A stretch of DNA of 62,931 nt, filler included, from Octopus bimaculoides (GCF_001194135.2; 5 parts of 5 records of this genome joined end to end with filler, not necessarily neighbours in it); one strand, 5' to 3'; positions 1 through 14,012 are shown, numbered from the whole stretch's first letter. Notes: generated by a model not told the origin, from the letters alone. Made by a program: numbers and translations.

Positions 1-120
1 ATATATATATATGTACATATATATATGTATATATACATATATGTATATATATATATATACATATATGTGTATACGGACACTTATATAGTTATGCTTATAT
101 ATATATATATATATATATAT
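1..120. repeat. (TA)n/(TACA)-type microsatellite
   Basis: Near-pure alternating TA with interspersed GT/AC, read directly. Confidence 0.9.
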
Positions 121-1194
121 ACGTTTCTACTTGATTTAGTTACACGACTACAGATCTAACGGTACAATAACTTGTAATATTGGGACTGATAATTTCAGAA
201 CCAGTAAATATTTTTGTAAACTATAATTGTGTGATGACTTTTAAATTTCCCGCTGTCGCTATCAAGCTTTCACTTCACATTTGTTGATTCTCCGGGAGCA
301 AATTATGAAGACATAACTTATCACGCGTCGTGTAAGTAACGAAACTTATGCTCAGAGACCAATTTGTCAGGTATTGTTAATACAAAGATATATAGAATAA
401 AGGTAGACTTGCACACGTCAATAGGATTCTCTACTGTTTCTCTATAGGAATTTCAATTCCAAGTCATTATTCTGACCAAGGTTATAGCAGGAAATATTTA
501 CCCAAAATGCGCTGAGTAGCTCAGTACCCGAGAACATAAGATTGCTATGATACATTATTTTAACACTGTTCCGTTTCTCCATAGTATATACGCACGTATG
601 TATAGATGTGTGTTTGTCCTGGTGTGTGCGTGCGTGTATGTGTGTGTTAGTATTTATATATCTGGTAGTGTAAGAGATATGGAAATTAATTTTGCACTTA
701 AAATTCATTGGGGAATATTCAACGTCAGCATTCTTCAAATGTATTATTTAGCTCTTGAGACAGGTCGAAGGTAATTTGGTGTGCCTTAATCAATAGTGCG
801 ATCGAGTTGTGGTGTTGAGTCGAGACTAGATAATTAAATGAAGATTAGCTCTAAAGTGTGAAGCGCATAAAACACCTAACGAAATTTAGATGGATATTTA
901 ACAGTGTGCAATCAGGACGGGTAAAATCAAAATTTTAAAACAACCCAGAAGGAGTAGCATTGCATAATGCTAACTAGAAAATGAGTATCTGCTTTAGCCT
1001 TTAACTCTTGAGCAAAATGAAAGAGAGAAGTAGACGAGTTCGTGGGCGAGGAGACATGTAGAAGCTCATAAGTCAGAAACGCCGAAGCAGAGCCAACTGG
1101 AATGGAAGAACATGAAGATGTAAAGACACTGCGAATACATTTGAAACGAATAGAGAACGGGTGTGCAGTTAGAGGAAACTAGAGCAATAGATGG

Positions 1195-1335
1195 AGAGAG
1201 TGAGAGAGAAAAAGAGTGATAGAGAGAAAGAGTGAGATAGAGAAAGAGTGAGAGAGAGAAAGAGTGAGAGAGAGAAAGAGTGAGAGAGAGAAAGAGTGAG
1301 AGAGAGAAAGAGTGAGAGAGAGAAAGAGTGAGAGA
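1195..1335. repeat. GA-rich minisatellite, 14-bp unit GAGAGAGAAAGAGT
   Basis: About 9-10 consecutive, slightly variable copies of the unit. Confidence 0.85.
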
Positions 1336-1997
1336 GGGACATAGAGAGGGAAGTGTTTCCTCAGAAACTGCGATAGTTGTAACTTTTTGGTGTGTATGCA
1401 GTACATATCAGTGGGGACAAATATCAGATAATCAAGAACAGCATGTAAATCACATGAGAAAAGATTCTATGTTACTTCATCAGAAGACGTGCGTGTGCAT
1501 CCGAATTCGTATTCGTGGATACGTAAGAAGCTTTAAACGACCTAGTGGAATAAGTTACAGAGTCTCTGCCTTGATGGTAGAGCCATAAATGCGGTAATTT
1601 GTGCTTGATATGCTGATGAAAAATCTACGGATCAAAACAACCACTTAAGTAGTTATCTAGAAATCAGAAATGATACTATGGGCATCATATAGCAGATCAC
1701 AAATCCACTCACCTCAGCACGAATTTATCCTTTTGAACACTTCAAACAAACTACAAGTCATAGTAACCGAACGGGATAGAAGCAAATTCTTGACAAACAT
1801 ATTCGCCAATCCTTTATTAAGAAATCCATAGTCACTAAGCAAGTTATCTGCCGGTGCACTGCTTTGTCAACAGATATTAAAAATAAATACATAAGCGCAG
1901 CTATTGTTGTGTCAATAACAATGTCGGTTTGCAAACACAAAATTTCGGTCTCTGTAAAAAGTAAAGATTACCTTCGCAAGTCCTGCCGACTCATAAG

Positions 1998-2208
1998 CGT
2001 AGGCTTGATGATTTCCATGGCGTATAAATTCCCATCCTGGAGGATACGCCGGTCCGTCGCAGGATTACTCACTTTAATCAGCTGAGTGAACGGATGAAGC
2101 CTGACATCAAGTATTTTGATAAACAACACAACGCGTCGCCCGGTATAGGAATCGAAACCACAAGCTTTGTCATGAGTCCAACTCCTTAACCATTATGCCA
2201 TGCGTCTC
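1998..2208 (-). mobile_element. tRNA-derived SINE (family C)
   Basis: The reverse complement starts GAGACGCATGGCATAATGGTTAAGG (A-box-like) ... GGTTTCGATTCC (B-box-like), then GGCGACGCGTTGTG, which is also in the copy at 26185. Confidence 0.7.
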
Positions 2209-2230
2209 TACTTTCCGTCTCTGTCCTACT

Positions 2231-2542
2231 ATCAGGTGGGATTGCAAAGGAATAATTCTCTTTGCATTGTTACCATCTAATGCAGCAATCAATGCTCAAG
2301 TCTACTGTCATCAATTAGAACGTTTGGACCAAGCTTTGAATAAAAAAAGATCCGTTTCAGTGAATCGAAAAGCAGTGATGTTTCATCAGGACAATGTGCG
2401 ACCCCATACTGCAAAGATCACATCACAGGAGATCGAAGAGCTTCTTTGGGAAACGTTTCCTCATCCACCTTATTCTCCCGACCTTACTCCTTCAGACTAC
2501 CATTTGTTTCGTAGTTTACGGACTCATTTGGGGGAAAGATAG
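2231..2542 (+). mobile_element. Mariner (DD34D) transposase C-terminal fragment
   Basis: Translation WDCKGII...FHQDNVRPHTAK...HPPYSPDLTPSDYHLFRSL contains the mariner HDNARPH and YSPDLAP.D motifs. It is truncated at both ends. Confidence 0.92.
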
Positions 2543-4029
2543 CGAAATGCAATTCAAATAAAATGTGAGCTCTATATCACGACAACGATAGAATTTAGGC
2601 CAAACAGCTATAACTATATGGAAGCTATAACTAAATGTTTTATATAGAAGTATACATTTCTACAAATTTGATGTAGACACTTTAGCATGTCCTACAACGA
2701 ACAAGCGGTGTGGACTGTCATGGAAATCAGTCGAAGGATATTAACGCAGATAGGAGCGAGAGAAATCTGTATGAATGCTCTTGATACAACATATCGTACA
2801 TAAGTAAAATAGAAAAATAACTGTATTGGTTTAGGATAAAGCTACCCCAGCCAATCGCCGTTATCGTTTACCTCGACTAGATAAAGCTAAGATTTGTATT
2901 CAGATTCATAGAACATGCACTGTGTTAATAAATAAAAATGTGCGGTTTGCCAGTACAGGCGCAAACACCATCTTTCATAAGATATGAACGAACAAAAACA
3001 AGAAAATTCAAATTCAGCTAAACACAGGTCGACGAATACGTGCAAAAGACAAATGCACATATCGAGAAAAAACAAACCAACATACATGCATCAAGACAAC
3101 AGGGCTTCATGATTATGCCATCAAAAATGTAGATAAAAACATATAATTTCACTTCTATATGTATATACGCAGACAGATGTATATCTTTGCATTTATTTCA
3201 GTCACTGGATTGTATTCATACTGGAGAACTGCCTTGAAGGGTTTAGGTGAGCAAATCAGTTTTTATACAACTGTATATCATGGTGAAGATAGAATTATAT
3301 TGCTCTCTGTGTAAGTAATTATTTTGCTCTTTGTGTTAGGAATAGAGAAGCAAGGTTCACCATTTTCGCAAATATTTTGGGAGGAAGTTGTAATATTTGT
3401 TCAATTTGAAAATCAATGACGTAGATGGCACTTAACACGCAACAAATTCATCATCAAATGCACAATAGGGTATCGATGAAATCATTGAAAATGCCAGAGT
3501 AGTGTGACCGACCATTCATGATAGCCTAATCAATAATTTATAAATTCATTAATTGATTATTTAACAATAAATCTGAAGTGAACTACAACAAGTACTTGTG
3601 ATTATTAACAAAATTATATGCTCCCTACATGCTGCAATATCTCTTTCAATGCATGATGTCACATCAAAATCTTTCTGTATTTCAGTGAATGCGAGTGTGT
3701 GCGCCTTTGTATACAGACGTGGAAGAGTACAGATTTTTGTAGACTTTATATTAAATATGTAGATAATCTCGGTATATATTTCCTAATCAGGCAGGCGGTT
3801 AATATGTTCAGTCTTACATCGCATAAAATTTCTCGGATTCAAAGACATTTAAATATCTCTTTTTAATTCTGGCTGTCTCAAGAAGGATTTCAGACGCTGA
3901 ATGAAAGTCAGTACGTGACATGAGCATTGACATGAGTAATGCATTTTTCAGATGCTAATTACTAAGTTGGTAATAAAATTATGCTGCTGGGCGGAGGGTT
4001 CCTTAGAACTATGAGAACAGTAGACAAGA

Positions 4030-4620
4030 CACAATAATGGTCCTCTGGAGGACGTATCATTAGTCATATAAACTACCGTTCACAACTAGGATTAGTGAAG
4101 CTACATAAAGAAGATAATCTCAATGCAGACGGGAAATATATGTGGTAAATGTATATATCCAAGAAGTAGGGAAATATATGTAGTAAACACATATGCACGA
4201 AGGATTTTTACTACTTGTGGAGTGATGTCGGAGACTTGCATTCTAGGACTGACCCGTCTATCAACCGAATCCATAATGACGATTGCCCTGATGCCCTTTT
4301 TTAATGGAGCAGGTAAGGAAGAATTTCTATGCCAGCTTCAAGTGGATAAAGACGTTGTCAGGTACACGAGGACACAGACATCCTCTTTGGTAGAGCTCTA
4401 ACCGATTTTTCAAATGTTACTTCAAGAGAAAAAAGTGTGGGTGGAGTGGAAGCTGCTGTCCTCATTTGGGTTTATTGACAGTAGGGTAAAAGGTGCTAAA
4501 ATGGCAAGAGCAGATGGATTCCCACTAAATGTAGACTTGAAACACAGAGAAATAGAATTTGCGAGAGTACTTCACTATGGTGTTCAGGAATATATTGGAC
4601 AGTGAGATTCTTCGATTACA
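4030..4620 (-). mobile_element. Highly decayed Penelope-like RT/GIY-YIG remnant
   Basis: Minus-strand pieces in different frames (SLSNIFLN; NSSLPAPLKKGIRAIV..DSVDRR; FTNPSCER*FI) occur in the order expected for a Penelope-like RT C-terminus, linker and GIY-YIG. There are many stops and the match is by eye only. Confidence 0.4.
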
Positions 4621-6333
4621 TTTTAAGTCCTCTTGAATGAAGAGGACAACAACATTATTATACGTTTTACTTCTAATTTTCTGTTATTGTTGTATACTAG
4701 GAATAAGTGGGCGAAGAAGATACGATGAAATGACTCCTGATTATACTAACATAGTGCTACATATGTGAATATATAACTCATAGTTTTATTCAATCAAGCC
4801 TAAACGGAAACGAAATAACGACGACAATAACAAAAATAAAACCTTACAAGTGAGGATACGTTCCTATTTTCGGATGTGTACTAAAGGAAATGTCCTCTTG
4901 AATTATAAAATATTCCCTTTGAGATGAAGTGTACATCGCCTGAAACGCTTCTGTTGGATAACATCACTTATGACATTACGATTGTAGGTATCCTGAATTT
5001 CCATAAACCTAGCATCATTGGACATCATGTTAATATCATATTGAATAAATTGACCATTTATTGATAAGAATAAGAATCATTTCCCTCAAGCATTGTGTTA
5101 TGATCTTCTGCAGCTGAGAAATCCTTGCGAACTTCTTACGGAAATAAAAGTTTATGATTTGGAATTCATAAGGCGATAAATGGCATTTTATTGAATAAAT
5201 TTCAAACTATGAAGCCCGTCTTTAAATAACCGTTAATAATGTAGTGAATACACGATATAACTGATTTGCATTTTAAGTAGCCATATGCAACTGACATCCG
5301 TGACATGATTATGATTCCAATCTTAGCAATTTTAGCTAATATTCAATTCGGTTTGTTTTCTTATAAACACAACGCAAGATATGTGGATGACCGAGTCAAC
5401 AGCCCACTCGACTGCGTAGCAATAAATAGATACCACAACTTAGAGTTTTATTTGCATCAGCAAACACAGTAAAACAGATGAGTGTCCAGTAGTGTGCTGA
5501 GTTATTCCAATTCCCACTTGTAGCTGATATTTGTCGGTTGCTATATTCAGAGCAAGTTTATCTAGTATAGCTTTTCCACTTCAAATATAAGAGGGCTCTC
5601 TGGAACCGCAACATTTCGAAACAAATCACTTAGACTATACTTCTCCTTCATGATAATGCATTCTCATTAGCATACCATGTACATTAGAGCAAGTAAGCAC
5701 TGTGGATTACCTTTATCTTGTTGGTTGATTCACATTGCTTTCTGGGGTTGGCGGCTATTAGTCTCATCGCACTCTTATCTATATTAATATTGTATTCTCG
5801 CAATTAATTTTCATCGAATTTACTTCAACTGTCATACCATTTTCCCACCACAAATAAATCTTCCATACCTGAGGCATACGACTGACAACTAGAAACAACA
5901 AACCATAATCACCCTAATCCTATAAAGGTATACCTTAACTTCAACCTGAATTTGGCCAAATAACCCCCATGAAGTAAATAGGAGCACATTTACTATAAAC
6001 GACACGAAGACATTCTCAAAATGGAAAAAGACATTCTTACTAAAACATTGAACACCCCAACAAAATAGAAGCAATTCATTTCCTTTCGTATCCCATGAGA
6101 GCCACAAAATAGTGCGTCATTCAATTTCCTAGAAATAACAGCCGATTATCTGAAGTTTCACGATGCAACATCTGAGATCTTACGTCAGCTCAGTGAAGAC
6201 AAAGGACAACAACTCATATTCATAGACCTAATTTTCTATTGCGTTTAAAAAATCTCAGTAAATGTTTAAGATTGACTCAATAGGAGAATCTATTCCAATA
6301 CTATATATTGCTAACGTTAGAACAGTAGATAAT

Positions 6334-6376
<43 letters not shown>

Positions 6377-7061
6377 ACACACTAGATACATATAGTTTGC
6401 TTTAAATGCACTGCATCTATGAACAGTTCACTAGAAGCTGACTATCTCTACAAACATGATATATACCTTATCGTTTTTCACCGTCTCTCCTACTTCAACC
6501 GCAATCGCTTTTGCACTTAACTCCCCATATCAACACCCCCTACAATACTCGCTGCAACCTACGTAAAATCCACAAGCCTTTCAAATTCGCCCTACCCGCT
6601 TTGAACCTTATTTATTTTCACCTGTCTATGAGCGACTGCAAATAAATTGGTTTGCTACAATTAATTCTCCGACTATATAATAATAAATAAATTCCCTAAT
6701 ATCAATGAAGGATTTTGAGAGCCATCAAATTTTACTACCTGTTAAATTGAAACTATGTATTTGCCTATGTTAAAGAGATCACAAACTACTTCGCTGTCTT
6801 CAGATCTAACGGCGTAAAACAGACCACTAATGGTCCGTAACAACATACAGTTTTCTGTTTTTGCTTTAAGATAGGTATGCTGGCATATCCTCGTGCCAAT
6901 TTTGATATTCAAATTAAGAAATGCATGCGCACTCGCTACACATCCGGTATATTAATAACTAACTTTTAAAATGTGTTTAATGTTTAATCGACTCCTTCCC
7001 GATTGGAAATGCATTACTTCACAATAAAAATTCGTCAGAAAACTAAAAACGGTATATTCAT

Positions 7062-7135
<74 letters not shown>

Positions 7136-7258
7136 GTTATTATCATTATGATTATTATTATTATTATTATCACCGTCACCGTCATCATCATCATCATCAT
7201 CTTCGTCGTCGTCGTCGTCGTCGTAGTCGTCATTGTCGTCATCATCATAATCATTATG

Positions 7259-7329
<71 letters not shown>

Positions 7330-7389
7330 TTTATGGTTTGTCAGCAACAACAGCGTGCAGCAGGCGGTGGCGGCAGCAGCAGTAGCACC

Positions 7390-7420
<31 letters not shown>

Positions 7421-7422
7421 AG
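7062..7422. repeat. Compound trinucleotide microsatellite (TAT)n-(CAT)n-(CGT)n-(TAT)n-(CAG/GCG)-(TAG)n
   Basis: Read directly. It accounts for the poly-Y/H/R/I/T/S ORFs at 6952-7444. Confidence 0.95.
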
Positions 7423-8501
7423 TGGCATTGAAGCGTTGTTGTAGTTGTTCCAGTAGATCGGTTGACATGTTCCCTAAAAATCCTATTTCGTAAATTTTAT
7501 GTTCTCCACCGAAGTAGGAATCCTGTTAAATAGATTTCAAAGAGAGAAATTCTATAATATATAACACCAAAGATTTTATATGCAATGTCAAATGATCTGA
7601 TTATTTTATGTGTTTCAATAAATAGGACTATTCTCCTGGTTTAAAAATCTATAGCATATACATATAAACGAGTAGAGGTGTAAGCGTGCATTTGTGTCTC
7701 TTTATCGTTATGCGTGTGAGTGTATGTGTGTGTGAGTGTGTGTGTGCATGTGCATGTGCGTGTTGTGTACATACATACATAAATATATGTATATTCTAAT
7801 ATATATGCATACGTATATATACATATATAGCTCAGTATATACACGCATATATATATATATATATATATACATACATATATATATGTGTGTATATATATAT
7901 ATACATAACGTACGGACGTATATACTTATATATATATATATATGTATGTATGCATATATATGTGTATGTGTGTTAGAATACGTGCAAGTATGTACATATA
8001 TGTGTGTATCTCTGTTTGTGTGTGTGCGTAACCGTGTCTGTGCGTGTGTAATCATATACGGGAAATAGCTGTTAAGCTCTCCACTTTGAAAAGAAAATGG
8101 ACACATTTACTTTCAGGATATAAAATTCTAAATGTTACAGGTTCAGAGTGAAGAATAGTATAAGACACAGTATTAATGAATTTTATATTGATTTCATGCC
8201 TGTATTTTAGTAGAATACATCATTAAATGGGAATCGATGAAGAAATAATTTAAATAGTGGTATGTTTGCTGCGCGAGTCAGATTTACATTAAAAATTTGT
8301 CAAATTATAAAAGTTTTCGTGTGATATTTTATTTATTAAACACCTTGATCTAACGCGTAGCAAAGTGTTTTTAATATTTACTTCATATATTACAAGAATG
8401 TATATACAGTACTTCTGGGTAAAACAAAATGAGTAGTATAGAGAAGTATAGTATCCATGTATGAGAAATATGTCAATTATGTATACACCTAGCTATACAT
8501 A

Positions 8502-8536
<35 letters not shown>

Positions 8537-8825
8537 NNNNNNNNNNNNNNNNNNNNNNNNNNNNNNNNNNNNNNNNNNNNNNNNNNNNNNNNNNNNNNNN
8601 NNNNNNNNNNNNNNNNNNNNNNNNNNNNNNNNNNNNNNNNNNNNNNNNNNNNNNNNNNNNNNNNNNNNNNNNNNNNNNNNNNNNNNNNNNNNNNNNNNNN
8701 NNNNNNNNNNNNNNNNNNNNNNNNNNNNNNNNNNNNNNNNNNNNNNNNNNNNNNNNNNNNNNNNNNNNNNATATATCGTACTATCTATCTATCTATCTAT
8801 CTGTATTCTTTCATTCCTATATTCA

Positions 8826-9030
8826 TAAACTTGTTTCAGTCTTTTGATTGTAGACATACTGGAGCAGCACCTTAAGGGGTTCTTTAGTCGGACAAATTGA
8901 ACCCACTACTTATTTTTCTGCAAACCTAATAGTAGTTATTCTATGAGTTCCTTTACAGAACCGCTAAATTATGGGCATGGAAACACACGAACATCGGTTG
9001 TCAAGCGATAGTTTGTGGAGGGACAAACAC
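8826..9030 (-). mobile_element. SINE family B, 3' part
   Basis: Contains CTTGTTTCAGTC...TTTAGTCG...GAACCGCTAA...CATCGGTTGTCAAGCGAT...GGGACAAACACA, shared with copies at 29548 and 61950. Confidence 0.75.
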
Positions 9031-9879
9031 AAATATAAACGCATAACTATACACACGCGCGCACACGCAAACTAACACACACAGACACACGTTTAACAAA
9101 TTCAGTAACACAGGCACACTCACACATACACACGTCTAACGAATACATTCGTAAGGTTAGTTTCGACCCGAGGATACAGCAGACGACAGATGCCCAAGGT
9201 GCTACGCAGTTGAAATGAAACTGAAACCATGCGTACATACATACATACATACATATATACGTACAGTTCAAATTTACGAAAAAGCGAAAGAGGAACACCG
9301 GTTTAGGAACAATACGCAAGACCTCCATTTTTCCCGACCGTTAAACAAATAGTGTGCATATGTAGAGTGCATGCTTGTAGGCGAAAGCTATTTTTGCCTA
9401 TGCGGGCTGAGTGCGTTTATGCATGTTGCATGTTTGTGTTGACATTGTCTGTGTTCAGGTATTATTTGTGTGCGTGCGAGGATGATAATGAGGATGTGCG
9501 ATGTGTGTACTGAGTTAAACAGTTTGAGCGGCTACTCGTGTATTGGTATGTGTGGTGACGCAATTGAAGATTGCGTGTGGTCATGTGGATAATGGTGTGT
9601 GATGTGGCTTGTGAAAAGTGGTCGGTGGTACTGTGTATGGAGTGGGAATGTGTTGTGGAAGGTGTGGAAAGGTGTGGTAAGTTTGTGTGTAATGGTGTGT
9701 GAAATGAGAGATGAGCTGAATAGTATGTATGAGTATTTGTATAATGGTGCGTGTGTGGTGAGTGTACCGATGTAGGGGGTATGCAAATGTGTTGTTGATG
9801 AGTGTGGGAATCCGTGGAGGAAAAAGAGACGAGGTGTGTTGAGCCCAAGCGAGATGAGGTGAGCAGCCAAGCGGCATTC

Positions 9880-11070
9880 CGTTTGACCAATGTACAGCGA
9901 TGGACAGAGCAGGAGATACAGTAAATAATATTACTAAAGGTACCGATAATGGAGTCGTAGACGTGATAGGGACGCTGATGGGTGCCTGTGAGAACAGTGG
10001 TGTTAGAAATGTAGGGGAAGGTGCGTCAGCACGGGCTGGAGCAGCGGAAGGAGGCAAGTTGGAAGTCGGGGTAGGGAAGAAACTGTGGACCAAGGGATCA
10101 AGCAAGTTATGGGTTCGTTTGAAGGAGGGAATTGGTGGGTTAGTGAAAATGTGTGAAGTGGAGGGGTCGCACTGGAGACCCGGAAAGTTTATAGAATGTT
10201 GCTTTGGTGTGGTATAGTGTAGGGCTGGTAGGTAAACGGCAGACGGGTAAGAATGGGGAAGGTGCCAGCAGAATGAGCCGAAGTACTGTTCATAGATCGC
10301 GCCCTAGCAATGGCAGTGTGGATAATGGTGAGGAGATATCCACGTAGGATGAAATGACGAGCCATGAGTTAAGACTGAGCCTCGAAGTCATGCCTGTAAC
10401 TGCAGACCCTGCGTAGACGGAGGGATTATGTGTAGAGGATGAAGAGTTCGGTGTGATTAGGGTGCTAGGAGGAGAAGTGGAGACAAGATTATGTGTCAGT
10501 GTGTTTGTAGTTAGATAGTGAGAGGTAGTGACGGTGGAGTGGTGTATACTGACAGAAATGTCGAAAAATTGGACGGAAGGGTTAGAGATAGTGCAGAAGA
10601 AATCGAGGGTAGGATGGAAGGATTATACAAAGGTGAGAACGAGTTCTGTTGTTCACGGGTGTGTGAGGTCGATATTACGGCTGTATGGCTCGGGAGTGGG
10701 ACCAGTGAATTGTGAGAATATTTGGGCCTCAACGTAGCCAACGAACAGGTTCACATATTTGAGGCCCATTAAAGTTAAGATGGCCAATTCCCTGACCCAT
10801 TGGTAAAATTCCCCTGCCACGCGAACCAGTTGAGGGAGAGGACACGTTCGGCCAGACAAACAAGTGTGGAGGTATCAGGTTGGGGGTTAGGCCGAAGGTC
10901 AAGGAAGTGTTTAAACGCAAGCCGTCCATCGTTGTGTGTGATGACCGTATACAATCTTTGACCGTCAAAAGTGAACAGAAGGTAAGAGGGGCCAGGCGGG
11001 AAGGTGGAAAAGTTAAAAAACGGAGAGCATGAGTTTCGTCTCTCAAGGTCTGAGAAGGTCCAAAAAGCAA
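9880..11070 (-). mobile_element. Decayed Penelope-like retroelement (RT plus probable GIY-YIG endonuclease)
   Basis: Frameshifted pieces FKHFLDLRPNPQPDTSTLVCLAERVLSLN and MGLKYVNLFVGYVEAQIFSQFTGPTP..Y.RNID match the Penelope RT motif (MG..YANLFVGYVE...YIDD). A GIY-YIG-like lead-in (PITSTTPLSVP) follows, then a CA-rich tail to about 9450. Confidence 0.8.
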
Positions 11071-12699
11071 CGAAATTTTTGGATGTAAAATATAAATAAT
11101 AAATGAATGGAAATCGAAATAGCGAATATCTTAGATAATAGGCCTGAAGACAATATGACACCACCAGACGCAACATAATTTGCTTCAACACACCAATTCA
11201 CACAATGAATCTTGAAAACCAGATATAAAAATGTAATGTTTTAAATGAGTTTTCAGAACAAATATTGTATTTTTTGTTATATATTATTTCCGTAACAGTT
11301 GCTGGGCGTCAGAAGTTTTATTTCTAAAATCATTTTCAGGAAAACACCACTTGCTAATTCTAATTCTGTGTCTAATACTACACTTATTGGTTACTGTTTG
11401 GGAAGATATCCTATACATTCATATTCTAAATGGGTTTTTTAGGTAGTCATTGTAGTACATTTGAATGTCGTGAAAAACGTCTTAATCAGCAGAGTAAAGT
11501 TTAACTACATTTCCGATGTTTTTTTTTAATAGCTGCTTTGTTTTCCTGTTTACTTATTTTATTCTTCTCGGGGAGGATGTTGTATAGGGAAATGTTTGTG
11601 TTTAATATTGCAGAAAAGTTTGTGGTTTTGAGATTAGCATAAAGTTTTATAGATAACCTATTATACATTTTGAAATAGAAATGTCTTTTCATACTATTTT
11701 GTTTCCTGTAAGAATGTTTTTTTTTTACAAATAAGATCATAATCTCAATAAGAGCTTATTTCCTTACAATTAATAATATTTTGCAGATTTCATAATAATC
11801 AATGCAAACACATGAGTGACCCCTATATATTCAGGGGAACAAAATATTAGCATCAAGTGGAAAATTTGATAATTTGATTGTTTCTCCGGCAATGCATAAA
11901 TCTTGGTTTAATCTCATAATGGCTGTGATTGAAAGCAATGTAATTTCTAGTTCACTTTCAGATATACTAGTTATTGTTTTGGTTTCCTTTTGAAATTTAA
12001 GACATTAATTACAAGCGATTTTAATAGAGGTATTTCATATTGTCTAACGTCAACATGTAAGCATCTTCCATTTCTGATTGGATGATTATGTTATATTATA
12101 TCATATTACATATAAATATATATATTTAATTACAATGCAAATTTCAATCATCGTCGGATGAAAAGATTGATTACATGGAAGTTTGGTTTGAAAAACAAAC
12201 GGGCATTGAACTGTTCATTTCCGTGTATCAATAATATAGTGAAGGTGCATGATAAATAGATATAATTCTGCAGTCGTAAAATGCATATTTCAATATGTAG
12301 ATATGATATGAGTATTAGCACGCATAAATTCATAAGTCATATTTCGTTCAGTTTTGCCATATATCCTTTCGGTATTGTTAACATAAGAACCAGCTGTGTA
12401 TGAGGCTGGATGAAATCGATTTCTGCACTCCTCAAAATTGTTTCAAAATATTATTTCATTGGATATATTTGCGGCAACATTCGCGTATGTGTGCGAGTAA
12501 AAATTCTAATTCCATGTCCAAAATATTGTATCATCAAATTATTAACATAAATTGAAACATATAATAAAAAAAAAACAATCTACGGTCTGAGGGACTTGGT
12601 GAAACGTTGTAGGAAAATTATGAAAAATTGTCAAGTGCATGAGGATTATGACAACGCTGACGCGAGTGATAAACCGTAAGTTCTGGTTCTTCTTTTAAC

Positions 12700-12882
12700 A
12701 CTAGGCTCATGACCTGAAATGTTAGGGGAACGGACTACTAGATTGCATCGTAACAAGTAAATGACTGGGGTATATTTTATCTATGCTGAAATGATAAAAG
12801 TCAAAATTCGACCTCGGTTGCATTAAAATTCATATCTAGCGCCAGAAGCAACGCTGTAAAGCATTCTGCTAGCTCACCGTCT
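12700..12882 (-). mobile_element. SINE family A, diverged
   Basis: Ends CATTCTGCTAGCTCACCGTCTT, the reverse complement of the family head AAGGCGGCGAGCTGGCAGAAT, and has an internal AAAGTCAAAATTCGACCTCGG. Confidence 0.65.
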
Positions 12883-13419
12883 TTTGTATAAAAACGATAA
12901 TAATGGTACCTAGGACGATTAATATGATAAACGACCACAACGGTCATGGCGATGGACAATATAGAGAAACAATCCTAAATATATATTGGTGTTTACGTAC
13001 TCAATTTATGAGTTCCATTACTTTATGTCGCATTTAGCGGCAATGTTTACAATGAATCATTGTTTTTTGTTTAAATAAACAAAAATTATATACGCAAAGT
13101 AATTAGTTGTATCTACTAAATTTATACGCTTACTTAAAGCGTGTGAGGCCTACAACGTTATAAATTTCATTGCAAATTGTGATAATAGAATGTTTCGCAA
13201 TATAATCTTCAGCAATAAATGAGGGTTTGGCATTTATACTGATGATGTAGCGTATTCGGGTATTCCGTCGTCTGTCTGTTCTAGAACCAACAATACATTA
13301 ATCGATTAGAGGATCGAGGATTTGTGTTGCGTGAACATATGAACACACACACGCACATACACACACGCACATACACACACACACACACATACACACACGC
13401 ACACACACACATATATATA

Positions 13420-13455
<36 letters not shown>

Positions 13456-13555
13456 NNNNNNNNNNNNNNNNNNNNNNNNNNNNNNNNNNNNNNNNNNNNT
13501 TAATTAATTAANNNNNNNNNNNNNNNNNNNNNNNNNNNNNNNNNNNNNNNNNNNN
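13456..13555. other. Assembly gap spacer: 44 N + TTAATTAATTAA + 44 N (artefact)
   Basis: The identical 100-bp construct recurs at 31063-31162, 39244-39343 and 56263-56362. The 12-mer carries stops in all six frames. Confidence 0.93.
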
Positions 13556-14012
13556 ATATATATATATATATACACGCACACTTATATGCACTCATCCATA
13601 TATGCATAATTGCACATACATAAACATACATGAGACATCATGCTGTACTTCATCACATCTTGAGATCATTTATACCAACGAAATGTACTTCTTATGATAT
13701 GCGTACATTTTAGAGCATTATTCTTTACTTTATTGATCAATTTATCCTTAGAGAAGAGTATGTGGTATAGTTCCACCGTACAGAGCAAGAAATATATATG
13801 TTGGTGTATGCCTTCATAATTCATATAAACAGCAGGCTACAGTGTATCACCAAAAAGGAGCATTATAACTGTCACTAAGCGTGACCAGAGTGCTAAAAAA
13901 CACCTACATCACTAGAAATAAGAGCTAAAAATGCTCTAATGCTCTAGCGCACATGAATGAAGGCATACACCAACAGGGACCATAACTGTCCGAAAAATTC
14001 CGACCGAGAATT

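Noticed and set aside
1612-1650. CTGATGAAAAATCTACGGATCAAAAC as a hammerhead
   Set aside because: GAAA is missing (CAAAAC) and helices I and III do not form. At best it is a relic.
4918-4955. GAGATGAAGTGTACATCGCCTGAAACGC
   Set aside because: The CUGA core is not intact and pairing is poor.
6952-8106. Long ORFs with poly-I/Y/H/T or YI/CV dipeptide runs (also many others, including all X-filled ORFs)
   Set aside because: They are translations of microsatellites or N gaps, with no protein signal.
13180-13215. Minus-strand CTGAAGATTATATTGCGAAAC
   Set aside because: Both core words are present, but helices II and III cannot pair.
13500-13511. Recurrent palindrome TTAATTAATTAA (also at 31107, 39288, 56307)
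   Set aside because: It is always centred in exactly 44+44 N, so it is a scaffolding spacer rather than a biological site.
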